From Alphaproteobacteria bacterium UBA3768 (GTDB taxonomy: Bacteria; Pseudomonadota; Alphaproteobacteria; CAAHEQ01; UBA3637): a stretch of 64,000 bases of DNA. Numbering within the stretch: position 1 is the first letter of the stretch; every line of letters begins with the position of its first letter. Position numbers and translations under genes: made by a program. Below are positions 62,728-64,000 of the stretch, one piece after another. A model generated the notes under the pieces. It saw only the letters and a program-made list of their open reading frames with translations, had not been told where the DNA came from and did no database searches. The stretch covers positions 28,755 to 92,754 of the forward strand of contig DFFU01000012.1 of NCBI GenBank assembly GCA_002372315.1, given 5' to 3'.

Positions 62728-63702
62728 ATGCATGCACCTAAATTTTGGCAAAAAAAAGATTCAAAATTGGCCCGATTATTAAATCCCTTGGGACACATTT
62801 ATTCTTTTTTTGTCAGACGTCGTTTGCATAAATCCCATCCCTATCAATCCAAAATGCCAGTCATTTGTGTGGGTAATTTATCAGTGGGTGGTGTTGGCAA
62901 AACCCCCGTGTGTTTGGCATTGGGGAATTACCTGCGTCAAAAGGGGAAAAAATTTTATTTTTTAAATCATGGTTATAAAGCACGACAGCAAAGTGTATTG
63001 GTTGATGTGCACGCTCATTCAGCACTGGATGTAGGTGATGAAGCGCTTTTGTTGGCTTTGACGGCACCCACTATTGTTGACAGTGCACGTGCGAGGGGGG
63101 CACAGTTGGCCGAAAAATTAAAGGCGGATTTATTGATTATGGATGATGGTTTTCAAAATCCTTCTTTGGTTAAGACACTTTCTTTTATTGTGGTGGATGG
63201 AACGTTAGGCTTTGGGAATGGTCGTGTTTTGCCAGCGGGACCTTTGCGTGAACCCGTTTTGATAGGACTAAAACGGGCTGATGCTTTAATCTTGGTGGGT
63301 AAAGATACATGGGGAGTGATGGATTATTTAAAGAAAAATGGGGTTGATTTGCCCGTTTTAACAGGTCATTTTGTTCAGGATAAATCTTTTATTCAAACGT
63401 TCAAAGGTAAGGTAATAGGTGCTTTTGCAGGAATTGGACATCCAGAAAAATTCTTTCAAATGCTTATTCAAAATGGGATTCAACTTAAAACAACAAAATC
63501 TTTTCCTGACCATTATTTTTACACACGTTTTGATATTGAAGATTTAAAAAAAGATAATACAGATTTGATGTGGGCGACAACCACAAAAGATTGGGTAAAA
63601 ATTCCGCCTGAAGTACGAAGCAATATTGTGGCGGTAACGGGCCATTTTGAATTTGATGATTTTGAAGAATTAGACCAACTCTTAAAAGAGGTGTATGAAT
63701 GA
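62728..63702 (+). CDS. lpxK: Tetraacyldisaccharide 4'-kinase
   Basis: ATG at 62728 lies 2 nt after the waaA stop (the ORF track uses TTG at 62719). MHAPKFW N-terminus and P-loop VICVGNLSVGGVGKTP. Confidence 0.9.
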   Translation: MHAPKFWQKKDSKLARLLNPLGHIYSFFVRRRLHKSHPYQSKMPVICVGNLSVGGVGKTPVCLALGNYLRQKGKKFYFLNHGYKARQQSVLVDVHAHSALDVGDEALLLALTAPTIVDSARARGAQLAEKLKADLLIMDDGFQNPSLVKTLSFIVVDGTLGFGNGRVLPAGPLREPVLIGLKRADALILVGKDTWGVMDYLKKNGVDLPVLTGHFVQDKSFIQTFKGKVIGAFAGIGHPEKFFQMLIQNGIQLKTTKSFPDHYFYTRFDIEDLKKDNTDLMWATTTKDWVKIPPEVRSNIVAVTGHFEFDDFEELDQLLKEVYE

Positions 63703-64000
63703 ATGGTATTGCCATTGGAAGAAGAACCTTTGTTCAAAAATATATCTCTGACCCATTGGTTGGATTTTGGGCTGCTTTTTTTATACTGATTTTCAAAATT
63801 TTACCTTTATCTGTGGCACGCTTTTTAGGGGAGAATTTGGGAGCCCTATTGGGGCATATAATGCTTAGACGCAATCGGATTGCATTGGTGAATTTAAAAA
63901 TAGCTTTTCCTGAAAAAACGTTGGCCGAGCACCAAAAAATTTTGCGTGGCATGTGGCGTCATTTTGGACGTGTTGCAGGTGAGATTTTTCATGTCAATCA
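63699..64000 (+). CDS. lpxL: Lipid A biosynthesis lauroyl/acyl-transferase (LpxL/HtrB family), 5' part; runs off the window end
   Basis: The ATG at 63699 overlaps the lpxK stop (ATGA). MNGIAIGRRTFVQKYISDPLVGFWAAFF...RNRIALVNLKIAFPEKT...MWRHFGR matches the LpxL N-terminal pattern. No stop codon, so absent from the ORF track. Confidence 0.7.
   Translation, partial: MNGIAIGRRTFVQKYISDPLVGFWAAFFILIFKILPLSVARFLGENLGALLGHIMLRRNRIALVNLKIAFPEKTLAEHQKILRGMWRHFGRVAGEIFHVN

Overview
64-kb window from an AT-rich diderm, LPS-making bacterium. The gene content (lpxC, waaA-lpxK-lpxL, lolCDE-type genes, ftsK-lolA, perM-hdaA, Cys-free L31) and several eukaryote-like repeat proteins (Sel1, TPR, ankyrin-like, furin-like Cys-rich) suggest a host-associated alphaproteobacterium. 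That placement is inference only, since no database search was possible.

Most of the window is ordinary housekeeping sequence: RND efflux pair, M23 peptidases, lpxC, tcdA, tatD, uvrD, lol genes, dnaE, rpmG, rpmE, obg, hisS, hdaA, ftsK, lolA and lipid A/Kdo genes.

Four regions stand out:
1. Main candidate, 34.6-41.3 kb. Seven single-gene cassettes are separated by eight directly oriented 40-270-nt repeats. Each full repeat reiterates the 3' flank, the terminator hairpin and the last 8 nt of the adjacent tRNA-Gln(CUG). The layout resembles an integron, but it sits on a tRNA, each cassette has its own near-consensus promoter, and no integrase is present in the window.
2. An AT-rich glycan-modification block (GtrA, MFS, two GT2 paralogs with a repeated C-terminal module) lies between dnaE and that array.
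3. A six-gene tandem family of tiny mostly two-helix membrane proteins sits at 20.5-22.0 kb, apparently expressed from a leaderless promoter.
4. Two paralogous secreted CxxC-repeat proteins are present, one wedged between ftsK and lolA. There is also an IS1 InsA-like zinc-ribbon/HTH domain fused to an SGNH hydrolase.

No rRNA, CRISPR array, prophage or intact IS element was seen. All functional calls come from reading motifs in the translations. Starts were adjusted where an RBS, terminator or neighbouring gene argued against the ORF-track start.
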